Origin: Verrucomicrobiales bacterium
GTDB taxonomy: Bacteria; Verrucomicrobiota; Verrucomicrobiia; Limisphaerales; F1-12-MAGs170
Length of the DNA stretch: 58,500 nucleotides
Direction: 5' to 3'
Assembly: GCA_005777315.1 (NCBI GenBank)
Contig: SXMN01000094.1
Location: 1 to 58,500 of the forward strand
The notes under the pieces are model-generated. The model ran no database searches. It had not been told where the DNA came from and was given only the letters and a program-made list of their open reading frames with translations. Below, piece after piece: positions 48,345 to 57,999 of this stretch. The translations under genes were made by a program, and so were the position numbers. Each line of letters starts with the position of its first letter. Within the stretch, counting starts at the first letter, position 1.

Positions 48345-48806
48345 TTAATGCCTTTGAGCTGCCACGCGGAAGCAGGCGGTGCCGAGGGCGACGCAACTGA
48401 GGTACATCATGAAGACGACTGAAGCAGCACCGATGATCCAGGACTGCTCGAGACTTTGCAAAGCGAGCATGGCGGCGATTGAGAGTGTCGCGACCAGGTC
48501 CAGTAGTGGGCTGAGTGCGTGCAGATAATTTCCAGCGACATTTGCCGTATGATCCATCAACTGCCACTTCGACATGCTCCTCAGCACAAGCAAAAGCGCC
48601 CCCCCGCAAGCCAGCGCCGCCGGGAGAAGCAGCATACGTGCTGTGAACGGCCACTCCGTCCATGCCTGCTTCCACCAGCACCGCTTCCGTTCTTCAATAC
48701 TCTTCAGGACATCCGGGATGAGGTTTGCTGGAGCCTGATGTTCCGGAAGTTTCAGCAGTTCCTTGTGGATGAGTTCAGCCAGTATTTCTTGGTGAGTCTT
48801 GTTCAT
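48345..48806 (-). CDS. Putative membrane anti-sigma factor
   Basis: Follows the ECF sigma gene; short soluble N-terminus (LPEHQAPANL) and three TM segments. Confidence 0.7.
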   Translation of the reverse strand: MNKTHQEILAELIHKELLKLPEHQAPANLIPDVLKSIEERKRCWWKQAWTEWPFTARMLLLPAALACGGALLLVLRSMSKWQLMDHTANVAGNYLHALSPLLDLVATLSIAAMLALQSLEQSWIIGAASVVFMMYLSCVALGTACFRVAAQRH

Positions 48807-48816
48807 GGCAGGTTGC

Positions 48817-49452
48817 TCAGGCTAGGAGCGCTTGTGTGTAGCGCATCGGATTGGATTTGTTCATTGCCGGCTTCGTCGTGTTGACGACGGATGGCGCTTT
48901 GTATTGCTCGAACTCGTCATCATCCCCGAGAGTGAGATCGAGTTTCTTGCGCAGGGCTTCCCGGCCTCGAAAGATATCGGTCTTCACCTTCGCAAGGGAG
49001 ATGCGAAGTTTGGATGCAATTTCCTCATAGCCGAGATTCTCAAAGTGGAAGAGCACGAGAGGAACGCGCTGTGCCGGTGGAAGTTTTTGGAGCGCGTCTT
49101 CCAGCAGCCGTCTTTGATCCGCTTCATTGGCCTGATGGCTTGTGGTTTCCTCGGCGGGGATTTCAAAGATCAGATCGTCCCCGCCATCCGGAGAGAGCAT
49201 CTCCGAGAAGAACCGCCAACGCGCACGATAACGAGTGAGGTGGTTGAGGCAAAGGTTGCGGGTCACCGTCTTGAGCCAGCCTCCAACGGTGGGGCTTTGG
49301 GAGAGGTCGCTGAAGCGCTCGTAGGCCTTGAGGAACACCTCCTGAGAGATGTCCTTCGCGTCGGTCTCGTTCCCGAGAAGCCTGACGGCGGTGCTGAATA
49401 CCATGTTCTGGTACGCTTGCATGAACTCTGCGAACTGGTTCGTTTCTGTCAT
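48817..49452 (-). CDS. ECF-family RNA polymerase sigma factor
   Basis: DAKDISQEVFLKAY, WLKTVTRNLCLN, YEEIASKLRISLAKVKTDIFRGR. Confidence 0.94.
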   Translation of the reverse strand: MTETNQFAEFMQAYQNMVFSTAVRLLGNETDAKDISQEVFLKAYERFSDLSQSPTVGGWLKTVTRNLCLNHLTRYRARWRFFSEMLSPDGGDDLIFEIPAEETTSHQANEADQRRLLEDALQKLPPAQRVPLVLFHFENLGYEEIASKLRISLAKVKTDIFRGREALRKKLDLTLGDDDEFEQYKAPSVVNTTKPAMNKSNPMRYTQALLA

Positions 49453-49596
49453 TGGCTGTGCCGGTTGCTTATCGGCGCATTCTAGCCCAAGGACACGCGC
49501 TGACGCAAAGGAGTTGCAGAAAAGATTGAATTCTCTGACTTCAATGCTCCCTGAAAAACCACTTGGCAAGCGGCTCCCCCGGCAAATACTCACCGC

Positions 49597-51504
49597 ATGG
49601 CAAATGTATCGGCGCGCAGCGCCAAGTTAAGGGCAGCCCAAATCGCGGGAACTGGAAAACTTTCATCCGATCGGACAATCCAGACCCGGACTGGGATCGT
49701 CATTGGCATCGAAGGTGGCGGAACACGGACTGTGGCGCTGGCTGTTGATGAGTCTGGAAGCATCGTTCGAAGAGTTGAAACCGGTCCGGCTAATCTCCGA
49801 CTTCTGACAGACATGAAACTCCGGCGACGGTTAGCGGAAGTTGCCGCGGAATGTCCGTCTCCAGATGCGTTGGCGATATGCCTTGCAGGCGCGCGGAATG
49901 ACCAAGATCGGGCCAGGATTCGTGAAGCTGCCGCACGGGTCTGGCCGGGGGTGGCTTGTCATGCCACGAACGATCTGGAGAGCGCCCTGTCGGCTGGAGA
50001 ACATGCCGGACCCGAAGTTGCTCGATTGCTGGTGTTGAGCGGCACAGGTTCCTGTTGTTACGGCCGCGCGCGAGATGGTAAAGAAGCGAAGATCGGCGGC
50101 TGGGGGCACATTCTGGGGGACAAAGGGAGTGGCTATGAGATCGGTCTCAGAGCGCTCAAGGCTGTTGTTTACTATCTCGATCGGGATGGAGTGTGGCCGG
50201 CTCTTGGCCAACGATTGCTCCGCAAACTTCAACTCAACTCTCCAGACGACCTGATTGGGTGGGTGCAGCAGGCTGGCAAGGAAGAGATCGCCGCGCTGGC
50301 GTTGGAGGTTTTTCAAGCTTCACAACAACGGGATCGCATCGCGCAGGACATCTTGAAAGGCGCCGCGCACAGTCTCGCGAAGGATGCGGTCGCTTGCGCG
50401 AAGAAACTGGCACCGAGAGGTGGCAAAGTTGAGTTCGTTTTCGCCGGCGGTGTGCTGATCCAGCAGTCCCGTTTCAGGCGGCAAATTGCACGATTGATTT
50501 CTGCATCGTGGGGTGAATGCAGTTGCGTTCCGCTAAACCGCGAAAGCGTCTGGGGAGCTGTGATGCTGGGAAGGAGAATGCTTGAAAAGACAGACTTCGG
50601 GAGCGTTGCGGGAGGTTCAGTCGCAGGACGAACGAAGAATGATGTCTCATTGGTTCCGAATGCAGAATTGCTCCCGGAATCCAGCCGACTGTCCCCCACG
50701 GAGCGCCGCAATCCTCGGTCCTGCCACCTCAATGAGCTTTCGCTCAGGTCCGCAGTCAAGTTGATGCTCAGGGAAGAGGGAGCAGTTGCGGAAAAACTCT
50801 TCACGAAGCAGCGCGAAATCGAGCATGCCGTTGCGCTCATCGTGACGGCCTTCAAGGCCGGAGGGCGACTCTTCTATTTCGGTGCCGGCACAAGCGGACG
50901 GCTTGGGGTTCTCGATGCAAGCGAATGCCCGCCGACTTTCCGCACGCCTCCGGATATGGTTCAGGGCGTGATTGCTGGCGGACGGACCGCGCTGTGGCAG
51001 GCGGTGGAAGGCGCTGAGGATGATGCTTCGGCCGGCGCAGCGGCTGTCCGTTTTCGCAAGGTGACGAGGAAGGATGTGGTTGTGGGAATTGCCGCCAGTG
51101 GACGAACACCATTCGTATGGGGTGCCCTGCAAGCAGCTCGCGCTAGAGGGGCGAAGATCGTCCTCGTCACGTTCAATCCACATCTAAAATTCAAGGCACC
51201 ACTGCAACCCGATGTTGTCATTGATCCAGATTTGGGCCCCGAGATTCTGACTGGTTCCACACGCCTCAAATGCGGCACCGCCACAAAGCTGGTCCTGAAT
51301 ATCTTCACCACGCTCGCGATGACGCAGCTTGGAAAAGTCGTAGGCAACCTGATGGTGGATTTAAACCCGTCGAACGTGAAACTCCGTGACCGCGCCGTTC
51401 GAATCCTTCGGGAACTCACCGGCTCCGATGAAGCGACAGCGCGGCGTTCGCTGGAGCAGGAACGATGGGTGGTCGCTCGCGCGTGGGAGCGATTGCGCCG
51501 TTAA
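49597..51504 (+). CDS. murQ: BadF/BadG-type amino-sugar kinase fused to N-acetylmuramic acid 6-phosphate etherase
   Basis: N-half GIEGGGTRT, SGTGS, GGWGHILGDKGSG; C-half GAGTSGRLGVLDASECPPTF, GIAASGRTP, GPEILTGSTRLKCGTATK. Confidence 0.93.
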   Translation: MANVSARSAKLRAAQIAGTGKLSSDRTIQTRTGIVIGIEGGGTRTVALAVDESGSIVRRVETGPANLRLLTDMKLRRRLAEVAAECPSPDALAICLAGARNDQDRARIREAAARVWPGVACHATNDLESALSAGEHAGPEVARLLVLSGTGSCCYGRARDGKEAKIGGWGHILGDKGSGYEIGLRALKAVVYYLDRDGVWPALGQRLLRKLQLNSPDDLIGWVQQAGKEEIAALALEVFQASQQRDRIAQDILKGAAHSLAKDAVACAKKLAPRGGKVEFVFAGGVLIQQSRFRRQIARLISASWGECSCVPLNRESVWGAVMLGRRMLEKTDFGSVAGGSVAGRTKNDVSLVPNAELLPESSRLSPTERRNPRSCHLNELSLRSAVKLMLREEGAVAEKLFTKQREIEHAVALIVTAFKAGGRLFYFGAGTSGRLGVLDASECPPTFRTPPDMVQGVIAGGRTALWQAVEGAEDDASAGAAAVRFRKVTRKDVVVGIAASGRTPFVWGALQAARARGAKIVLVTFNPHLKFKAPLQPDVVIDPDLGPEILTGSTRLKCGTATKLVLNIFTTLAMTQLGKVVGNLMVDLNPSNVKLRDRAVRILRELTGSDEATARRSLEQERWVVARAWERLRR

Positions 51505-51585
51505 AGCGGACACGACTGGATTCCGCTCTCCTGCCAGGGGTGGTCTTCAGCGTCGAAAGATTGTGGCAGCCGGGATCAACCCCTT

Positions 51586-52200
51586 TCAGAGGTTGCGGAG
51601 GATTCTCTCGTGCAGCACTGCCTGGGCGACAAAGTGTGAGACTCCGGTGGAAAGCGCGATGATAATTGAGGTGACGAGGTAAAGACCCAGGCCTTTGGTT
51701 TGTTCCGGTCGGAGCATCAGAGCGACCCCATGATACAACGCTGAGATCGAGAGCAGAACACCCAGCCCCCAGCAAAGCCATGACGGGATGGCCGGCAAGG
51801 CGTCCAACAAACGCATCAGCACGAGCGGACTGATGCCGTAGGCGACAGCTCCGAACGATTGAAAGAAGAGCGTGCGGATATGAAAACTTTCAGCAACGGC
51901 GTGGAGAACGTAAGCGCTGAAGAACACACAGGCGGTCAAAAGTCCGACTTGAGCGATGGCGTAACGCACGGCAACAGTCTGGGGAATTCTCACCAGGTTT
52001 TCCGCCGCGCCACGTGGTTCGCCCCAGTGCATCAGCGAATAGGCTTCCACGGCGACACAGCCCAGCATCAAGGGCAGAAAAGATACACAGAGAACGAAAA
52101 GAACCCCTCGTTGTGCTTCCGCAATTTTGTTCCACGTGCGGAACGGCGCAAATATCAATGCTATTACCCTGATCATGAGGGCGGCAGTCTGAGGATGCAC
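51586..52200 (-). CDS. Yip1 family membrane protein
   Basis: APFRTWNKI N-terminal motif and five TM helices. Confidence 0.75.
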   Translation of the reverse strand: MHPQTAALMIRVIALIFAPFRTWNKIAEAQRGVLFVLCVSFLPLMLGCVAVEAYSLMHWGEPRGAAENLVRIPQTVAVRYAIAQVGLLTACVFFSAYVLHAVAESFHIRTLFFQSFGAVAYGISPLVLMRLLDALPAIPSWLCWGLGVLLSISALYHGVALMLRPEQTKGLGLYLVTSIIIALSTGVSHFVAQAVLHERILRNL

Positions 52201-52303
52201 TCGTTGATGACAACGAAATTCAAGCGAGTTTTTGGCAATCCTCTCGTGAGAGGTGATGGAGTTTGACTGGAAGCTTCTCCACAGAGGCCGCTAATCTCCA
52301 CCT

Positions 52304-55006
52304 ATGGCCACGCGTGAGTCTTCAAATTCTGGATGCTACATGAAGAGTTGCTTCGTGCTCTTCCTTCTCTCCGGCGCGGCCGGGCTCGGTTACCAGACGA
52401 TCTGGACGCGTCTGTTCACCAATGCGCTTGGGCACGAAGTCCCGGCGATGCTTGCTGTGGTGGCTGCGTTTTTCGGTGGACTGACGCTTGGGGGCTGGCT
52501 GGGAGATTTTCTCACAAGCCGGCTCAAACTGGCTGGGGCGCTCTATCTTTGGTTGGAGTTGATCATTGGTTGCTGGGCGTTGGTGACAATGAGCATGGTC
52601 CCCGTGGTGGACGCTCTCGGAGCTGGACTGATTGGCGATGAGCCTTCTCTCGTGCGGCATTGGCTCACGGCCTTCGTGGTTCCGTTGATCGTTTTGCTTC
52701 CTGCCACCTGCGCGATGGGAGCAACCTGGCCGTCGATGATCCGTTTTGCCACGCAAATGCTCGGAGATAAGAGTATTGTTGGAACACTCTACGCGGCGAA
52801 CACGGTTGGGGCTTTGGCAGGTGTAGGCTTCTCGACGTTTATGATATTGCCCAGATTGGGCTTTCGTTCGTCTTTGATGGTCTTTGCATTCGTCAATTTT
52901 GTCTGTGCAGCCGGAGCGTGGTGGTTGGTGCGTCGTTCAAATAATGAGGCGGATCGCATCGGGAAGCTGGCATCGAGTGGCATTGGGAAAAATCTGGCCG
53001 CAGCTTCTGGCAGACTGACTGGCTTGAGACACGACCGGGGCATTGGTTTTGAACGAGGAGATTTGCCCGGAGAGCAAGCAAGGAAAGGCATCGGCGGACG
53101 ATCTTCTATGGCGCTCCTTTTGATGTCAGGGTTCACGGGGTTTCTGGGCATCGGTTGGGAAATTGTGTCGATTCGAGTCCTCGCCAGCGTTTTGGAAAAC
53201 ACGGTCTATACGTTCGCCTCAGCCTTGATGGTCTATCTGCTGGGCACGGCAACAGGCGCCGCGTTTTACCAGAATCGGTGCCTGAAGGTAGAGCCTTTGA
53301 AGCTGGAGAAAATCTTGTTTCTTGGGCTGGCTCTGACCTGCGTGCTGGGAATGATTCCTTTGATGTTTGCCCGCGGTATTTACGATTTCGTGCGCAGCAT
53401 TCTTGGATTGTCCGTCGCAAGTGGGATTGCCGCGGAAGTTTTTGTGGAAGCATTGGTGTTGGCTGGCCCAGCCTGCTTGATGGGCGCATTGTTCGCGCAC
53501 CTGGTTCAACAAGCTGCCAACAAAGGTACCTGGGTGGGAAGTGCTACCGCGGCTAATACATTCGGATGTGCGCTGGCGCCGTTTGCATTTGGTGTCCTGC
53601 TGATTCCCCTGGTCGGTTTCAAGTGGTCTCTTCTGGGATTGGTGACGGGTTATCTGCTACTGGCTTGCATCCACCTCCGCGCAAATTGGCGGGCGTTGAT
53701 CCTTCTGCCGAGCCTCATCGGCTTGCTCCTGCCGCGCCATCTTCAAGCACCATCGTTGCCGCCGGGCGGGGCGTTAATGAGCTATCACGAGGGTAGAATG
53801 GATTCCGTGGCCGTCATCCGTTATGCGGATGGCAATCGCAGTCTTGTGGTCAATAATCGCTTTGCGATGGGAGGGACTGGAGCAGCGCTTGCCGAGAGGC
53901 GCCACGCCCATATCCCCCTGTCGCTGCACCCGGCGCCGAAACGCGCTTTGTTTCTTGGACTTGGCACAGGCATCACCTTTGCCGCCAGCGCGGCCCACCC
54001 CGGACTCCGTGCGGACGGTGTTGAGCTGTTGCCTGAAGTCGTGGAAGCCGGCGGTTTGTTTTCTCCAGAGAATTCTACAGGCAACGCGGGCGAGCGGTTG
54101 AAGATCCATGTCGCGGATGCACGTCGATTCGTTCGCGCCACAACCAACCGGTATGATGTGGTGGTCGCCGATCTGTTCCATCCATCGCGTGACGGAGCCG
54201 GCCTGCTCTACACGCTGGAACACTTCACGGCGATCCGTTCAGTTCTGGAGGCGGAAGGAACATTCTGCCAATGGCTTCCCCTGTATCAACTCGACGAAGA
54301 CGTCCTGAAAACCATCATTCGGACATTTCTTGAAGTGTTTCCCAACACGAGTGCCTGGTTGCTGCGTTACAATATAGACACTCCCGTGCTTGGGCTGATG
54401 GGAACGAAAGAACCGCGGACTTATCCGCCCGACTACCTGGAGCAACGGGTCATTGACGAAGCGTTGCTTACCGCGCTAAAGAGCGTCCAGCTTCGGAATA
54501 CTCTGGAATTATTCGGTGGATTTCTCGGAAACACGGATGCGATTCGCCGCTTCGCGGGTGGCGGATCCCTGAACTCCGATGATCATCCCATTGTGCTCTT
54601 CAGGGCGCCGTCATGGAGCTACGGCCCGAGACGGCCAGCTCATGAGCGATTATCACTCGTAATCCGAAACTTCACACCGAGTCCGGCATCGCTGGTCAAT
54701 GGCACGGACCATCGGAAAATCTCATTCGTTTCCGAGTTGGGCGATTTTATGTCGGCGCGTGATGTTTACATACAGGGTTTGGTACATGAATCGAATGGGC
54801 TGGAACTTGCGGCTGTGAAAGCTTTCGTGGAAAGCGCCCGGCGCAGCACCAACTTCACGCTGGGCTATGCACATGCTTTGACGTGGGCCCGACAGAACTG
54901 GGAAGTCAATCGAGTCCAGGCCAAGTCAGTTTTGGAGGAACTCGATCAGACTCAACCTGGGCGTGGAGTGGCGAGGCGCATGTTGGAGCAGTTGGAGAAA
55001 CAATAG
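52304..55006 (+). CDS. Fused MFS-like/spermidine synthase-like SAM-binding membrane protein
   Basis: LSGAAGLGYQ, LYAANTVGA, many TMs, then LFLGLGTG, VELLPEV, ADARRFV, YDVVVADLFHP, CQWLP. Confidence 0.92.
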   Translation: MATRESSNSGCYMKSCFVLFLLSGAAGLGYQTIWTRLFTNALGHEVPAMLAVVAAFFGGLTLGGWLGDFLTSRLKLAGALYLWLELIIGCWALVTMSMVPVVDALGAGLIGDEPSLVRHWLTAFVVPLIVLLPATCAMGATWPSMIRFATQMLGDKSIVGTLYAANTVGALAGVGFSTFMILPRLGFRSSLMVFAFVNFVCAAGAWWLVRRSNNEADRIGKLASSGIGKNLAAASGRLTGLRHDRGIGFERGDLPGEQARKGIGGRSSMALLLMSGFTGFLGIGWEIVSIRVLASVLENTVYTFASALMVYLLGTATGAAFYQNRCLKVEPLKLEKILFLGLALTCVLGMIPLMFARGIYDFVRSILGLSVASGIAAEVFVEALVLAGPACLMGALFAHLVQQAANKGTWVGSATAANTFGCALAPFAFGVLLIPLVGFKWSLLGLVTGYLLLACIHLRANWRALILLPSLIGLLLPRHLQAPSLPPGGALMSYHEGRMDSVAVIRYADGNRSLVVNNRFAMGGTGAALAERRHAHIPLSLHPAPKRALFLGLGTGITFAASAAHPGLRADGVELLPEVVEAGGLFSPENSTGNAGERLKIHVADARRFVRATTNRYDVVVADLFHPSRDGAGLLYTLEHFTAIRSVLEAEGTFCQWLPLYQLDEDVLKTIIRTFLEVFPNTSAWLLRYNIDTPVLGLMGTKEPRTYPPDYLEQRVIDEALLTALKSVQLRNTLELFGGFLGNTDAIRRFAGGGSLNSDDHPIVLFRAPSWSYGPRRPAHERLSLVIRNFTPSPASLVNGTDHRKISFVSELGDFMSARDVYIQGLVHESNGLELAAVKAFVESARRSTNFTLGYAHALTWARQNWEVNRVQAKSVLEELDQTQPGRGVARRMLEQLEKQ

Positions 55007-55133
55007 TTGGGAAGCTTGTCCACCGGATTATTGAGCCCGACTTCCTGCGGGAAAAAGGTGTCCGCGAAAACAGTTGAATTCAGGTCGTGGCTTTCTACTA
55101 TGCGGCCCGCGTGGATTCCCACGCACGATTGGT

Positions 55134-55210
55134 CGGGACGTAGCGTAGCTTGGTAGCGCGTCTGAATGGGGTTCAGAAGGTCGTGAGTTCAAATCTCACC
55201 GTCCCGACCA
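55134..55210 (+). tRNA. tRNA-Pro(GGG)
   Basis: Acceptor stem CGGGACG/CGTCCCG, anticodon arm TCTGA-ATGGGGT-TCAGA, T-arm GTGAG-TTCAAAT-CTCAC, encoded CCA. Confidence 0.97.
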
Positions 55211-55282
55211 TCTTTATTTTCTTCCTTTACAAGGGTTTACATCTGATTTTCTGCTTGTGGTTTTGGGGCATTTCGCTTGACC

Positions 55283-55303
55283 CGTCCTAGCGAACGTCCT
55301 AGC
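55283..55303 (+). repeat. 9-bp direct repeat, candidate integrase arm-type sites
   Basis: CGTCCTAGC-GAA-CGTCCTAGC between the tRNA and int, just after TTGACC. Confidence 0.55.
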
Positions 55304-55314
55304 CCAGAGTTATT

Positions 55315-56481
55315 ATGAAACCGAGGAAGAAGGACTGGATCAAGGCAACACGACGGAACGGTCATGCGATCCCAAAACTTTGGATCCGATCCAGCGGCAC
55401 TTTCTACGCCCAAATGGCCGTGCTCGATGAGTCCACCGGCAAGAATGTCACTAAGAAAATCTGCTTGAACACCCGAGACATCAAAGTGGCTCAAGAGAAA
55501 CTTGCAGGGTTGGTTTCAAAACGATCCGAAGGCGAACTTAAACTCCGTGACGACGGCCCCGTTTTTGAAGATTTCTTGCCTCATTTTTTGGAGATTAGAA
55601 AGCAGGAACGAGGCATCAAGACGTTTCAAAACGAGAAATGCTTCCTCGGTCAGTTCCTGGAGTTTACCGGAACCAAGAGATTGGGAGAAATCACGGTTCG
55701 TGACATCCTGAATTACCGGACCAAAATTCTAAAGGGCAAAGTCACCCCTCACACTGCCAATTTGAATGTCACTGCGATCCGTAACCTTTTCAAGCAGGCG
55801 ATTGCTGAAGGTTTGATAGATGAGAATCCGGCGTTGAAGGTCTTAATGCTGGATCACGTTCCCAAGCGGAAATCACTTCTCACCGACGATCAAATTGCTT
55901 TGCTGGCCAAGACGGCAAGAGAGGTTCTTCCGATGGCAGGTCAACAAGTCTCTGATTGGATTCTTGTCATGGCGTACTGCGGGGGAAGAATGAGCGAAGT
56001 CCTAAGTCTCGAGTGGAGTGACATTGATTTTGACGAGCGGAAATTAACCTTCCGTCGTGAGACGGTGAAGTTTAAGTCCAAATCTCGTTCAGTTGATTTC
56101 AATCTGAAGCTGGAGGCACAACTGAAGGACATGTTGGCTCGTCGTGATCAACAATCGGAATGGCTGTTCCCATCCACGAGAGCGGCAGGAATGAGGGTTG
56201 GGGAATACGGTCACGACTTGGCGAAAGTCACGAAGAAGGCGGGGCTGTCTAAAGTCACGAGCCATTTCTTCCGACATTACTTTATCACCACTTGTGCCAA
56301 AGCCGCAGTTGCAATGAAGCTGGTGATCGATTGGGTGGGACACAAGGACTATCAGATGGTCAACGAAGTTTACACCCACCTCCCAAAAGAATTCGGGCAA
56401 AGTGAGGCCAAAAAACTTACTTTTCACACCGAGCCCCAAAAACCCAAAGTCAACAAATACGTGGGGAAGTTCTTCACGTAA
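55315..56481 (+). CDS. Tyrosine recombinase/integrase
   Basis: GGRMSEVLSLEWSDIDF (R), HFFRH (HxxR), VGH, VYTH (catalytic Tyr). Confidence 0.95.
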   Translation: MKPRKKDWIKATRRNGHAIPKLWIRSSGTFYAQMAVLDESTGKNVTKKICLNTRDIKVAQEKLAGLVSKRSEGELKLRDDGPVFEDFLPHFLEIRKQERGIKTFQNEKCFLGQFLEFTGTKRLGEITVRDILNYRTKILKGKVTPHTANLNVTAIRNLFKQAIAEGLIDENPALKVLMLDHVPKRKSLLTDDQIALLAKTAREVLPMAGQQVSDWILVMAYCGGRMSEVLSLEWSDIDFDERKLTFRRETVKFKSKSRSVDFNLKLEAQLKDMLARRDQQSEWLFPSTRAAGMRVGEYGHDLAKVTKKAGLSKVTSHFFRHYFITTCAKAAVAMKLVIDWVGHKDYQMVNEVYTHLPKEFGQSEAKKLTFHTEPQKPKVNKYVGKFFT

Positions 56482-56582
56482 ACCATAGACCTGAGCCCCA
56501 CCAGCTCCCGCCACTGGATACTTGGGAAAACTCTAATTATCCCACCAATTGGGATTTAGTTTCAAGTGGGTGATCCGAGCAC

Positions 56583-56768
56583 TTATTCCAGCAACCGCAT
56601 CACTTGATTTCCACGTCCAAAGAATCCGTGCATGGTGTGGGTCGTGTCCGCCGCCTTAAAATAATAGCCCAACATTCTGCCGGCCCTGTCGAAAATTTGG
56701 ATCTGCGTCGAGTTCTCCATCGTCCAACCGATCACGGAGTTCGTCCGGTCAAAAATGTTCTTTTTCAT
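56583..56768 (-). CDS. Small hypothetical beta-rich protein
   Basis: 61 aa with repeated IFDR...(I/L)G motif; closely follows the phosphatase gene. Confidence 0.5.
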   Translation of the reverse strand: MKKNIFDRTNSVIGWTMENSTQIQIFDRAGRMLGYYFKAADTTHTMHGFFGRGNQVMRLLE

Positions 56769-56779
56769 GCTACTCAATT

Positions 56780-57301
56780 CTACATTTGGATGTGCTGTCC
56801 AAGTTGCTCTTTCAATTTCTGAATTAGTGCTGGTTCCATCGCTCGGTAAATGTCTGGAATTGATAAAGTGATTACCTTTTTGCCCTCAAGAAACTGTCCG
56901 AATTTTTGCCTAACAGTCTGCTCATGCTCCAACTCCATGGCGAAAATCATATCCGCCCACTCAATCATATCTTGGCTCACCACCTTACGGGCCGTGTCTT
57001 CGGTACCAGCGGATGCAACTTCGTATGCCGCACAATCAACGAGAATACGCTCGGCAGTTAGACTTCGCCGCCAGTTTTGGGAGCATACAAAGAGTAATTT
57101 GAGTTTAGTGGACTGGGGGAGAATTTTTCGATTTTGCGTTGTGTCACGGGCTCTCGCTGCCATCTGTCGTTCATCCTCCGTCGCAGAAGGATTGTTGGCG
57201 GCGAGTGAAAACCAAGCATACGCTTCTGCATAGTCCGTCGGCAGCCCTGTGCCATAGTAGGATAAACCAAGAGCGAAATCTTTGAGTGACTGATCTTTCA
57301 T
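56780..57301 (-). CDS. Sel1 repeat fused to low-molecular-weight phosphatase-like domain
   Basis: GTGLPTDYAEAYAWFSLAA, then LFVCSQNWRRSLTAE (CX5R), SAGT, WADMIFAME, LSIPD. Confidence 0.85.
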   Translation of the reverse strand: MKDQSLKDFALGLSYYGTGLPTDYAEAYAWFSLAANNPSATEDERQMAARARDTTQNRKILPQSTKLKLLFVCSQNWRRSLTAERILVDCAAYEVASAGTEDTARKVVSQDMIEWADMIFAMELEHEQTVRQKFGQFLEGKKVITLSIPDIYRAMEPALIQKLKEQLGQHIQM

Positions 57302-57333
57302 GAGTGGCGGTGTGGAAAGACTTTACACATGCT

Positions 57334-57999
57334 TCAAGTTGTTGACTCACGAGCGAGAACCCTTCGGATTTGGGTGAATTGCCACCGACCGCCTGAACGA
57401 GTTGTGATCCCTTCGGAATTCAACCGTTCAGCAATCTCGCTGATTGTCAGACTTTCATTTCTGAGATGTTTAATTCTGGCGACAATCTCAGATTCTCCCA
57501 CTTTGGTTCCGTAGGGCTTTTGCCCCTCACAACGTCCGTTTTTCGCTTTGGAACGGACTCTGGCGGCTCGGAGCTTTTGAACGATGCAGGATTTTTCCCA
57601 CTCTGACACCACACCCAGAATTTGACGGATCATCTTCCGGCTCGGGTCGTCATTGTCCACCGTCAGATCGGTGCCCCCCTCAGCTGCGATGACTTTGATT
57701 CCCAGTTTTCTAAATTCTGCCAACAGCGTTTCCGAAACAATCAGATCACGGGCAAGTCTGTCAGCTTTCTCAACGAGGACCACTTTGACGCCATCAGCTT
57801 TGATTGCGACAAAGAGCTCGGTCAAGCCGGGCCGGTCGAAGACCGTGCCGGAAATCCCCTCATCTCGAAATTCGCCGACAATCTCCATTTTGCTTCGGCG
57901 ACCATAATCTGCGACAGATTGTCGTTGTCGTGGGAAACCGTCACCGTCCACCTGTCCTTTGCCAGAAACCCTCAAGTAGGTGTAAACCTTTGTTTTCAT
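57334..57999 (-). CDS. Serine recombinase (resolvase family)
   Basis: YLRVS (catalytic Ser), DRPGL, DRLARD, C-terminal IAERLNSEGITTRSGGRW helix-turn-helix. Confidence 0.94.
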   Translation of the reverse strand: MKTKVYTYLRVSGKGQVDGDGFPRQRQSVADYGRRSKMEIVGEFRDEGISGTVFDRPGLTELFVAIKADGVKVVLVEKADRLARDLIVSETLLAEFRKLGIKVIAAEGGTDLTVDNDDPSRKMIRQILGVVSEWEKSCIVQKLRAARVRSKAKNGRCEGQKPYGTKVGESEIVARIKHLRNESLTISEIAERLNSEGITTRSGGRWQFTQIRRVLARESTT

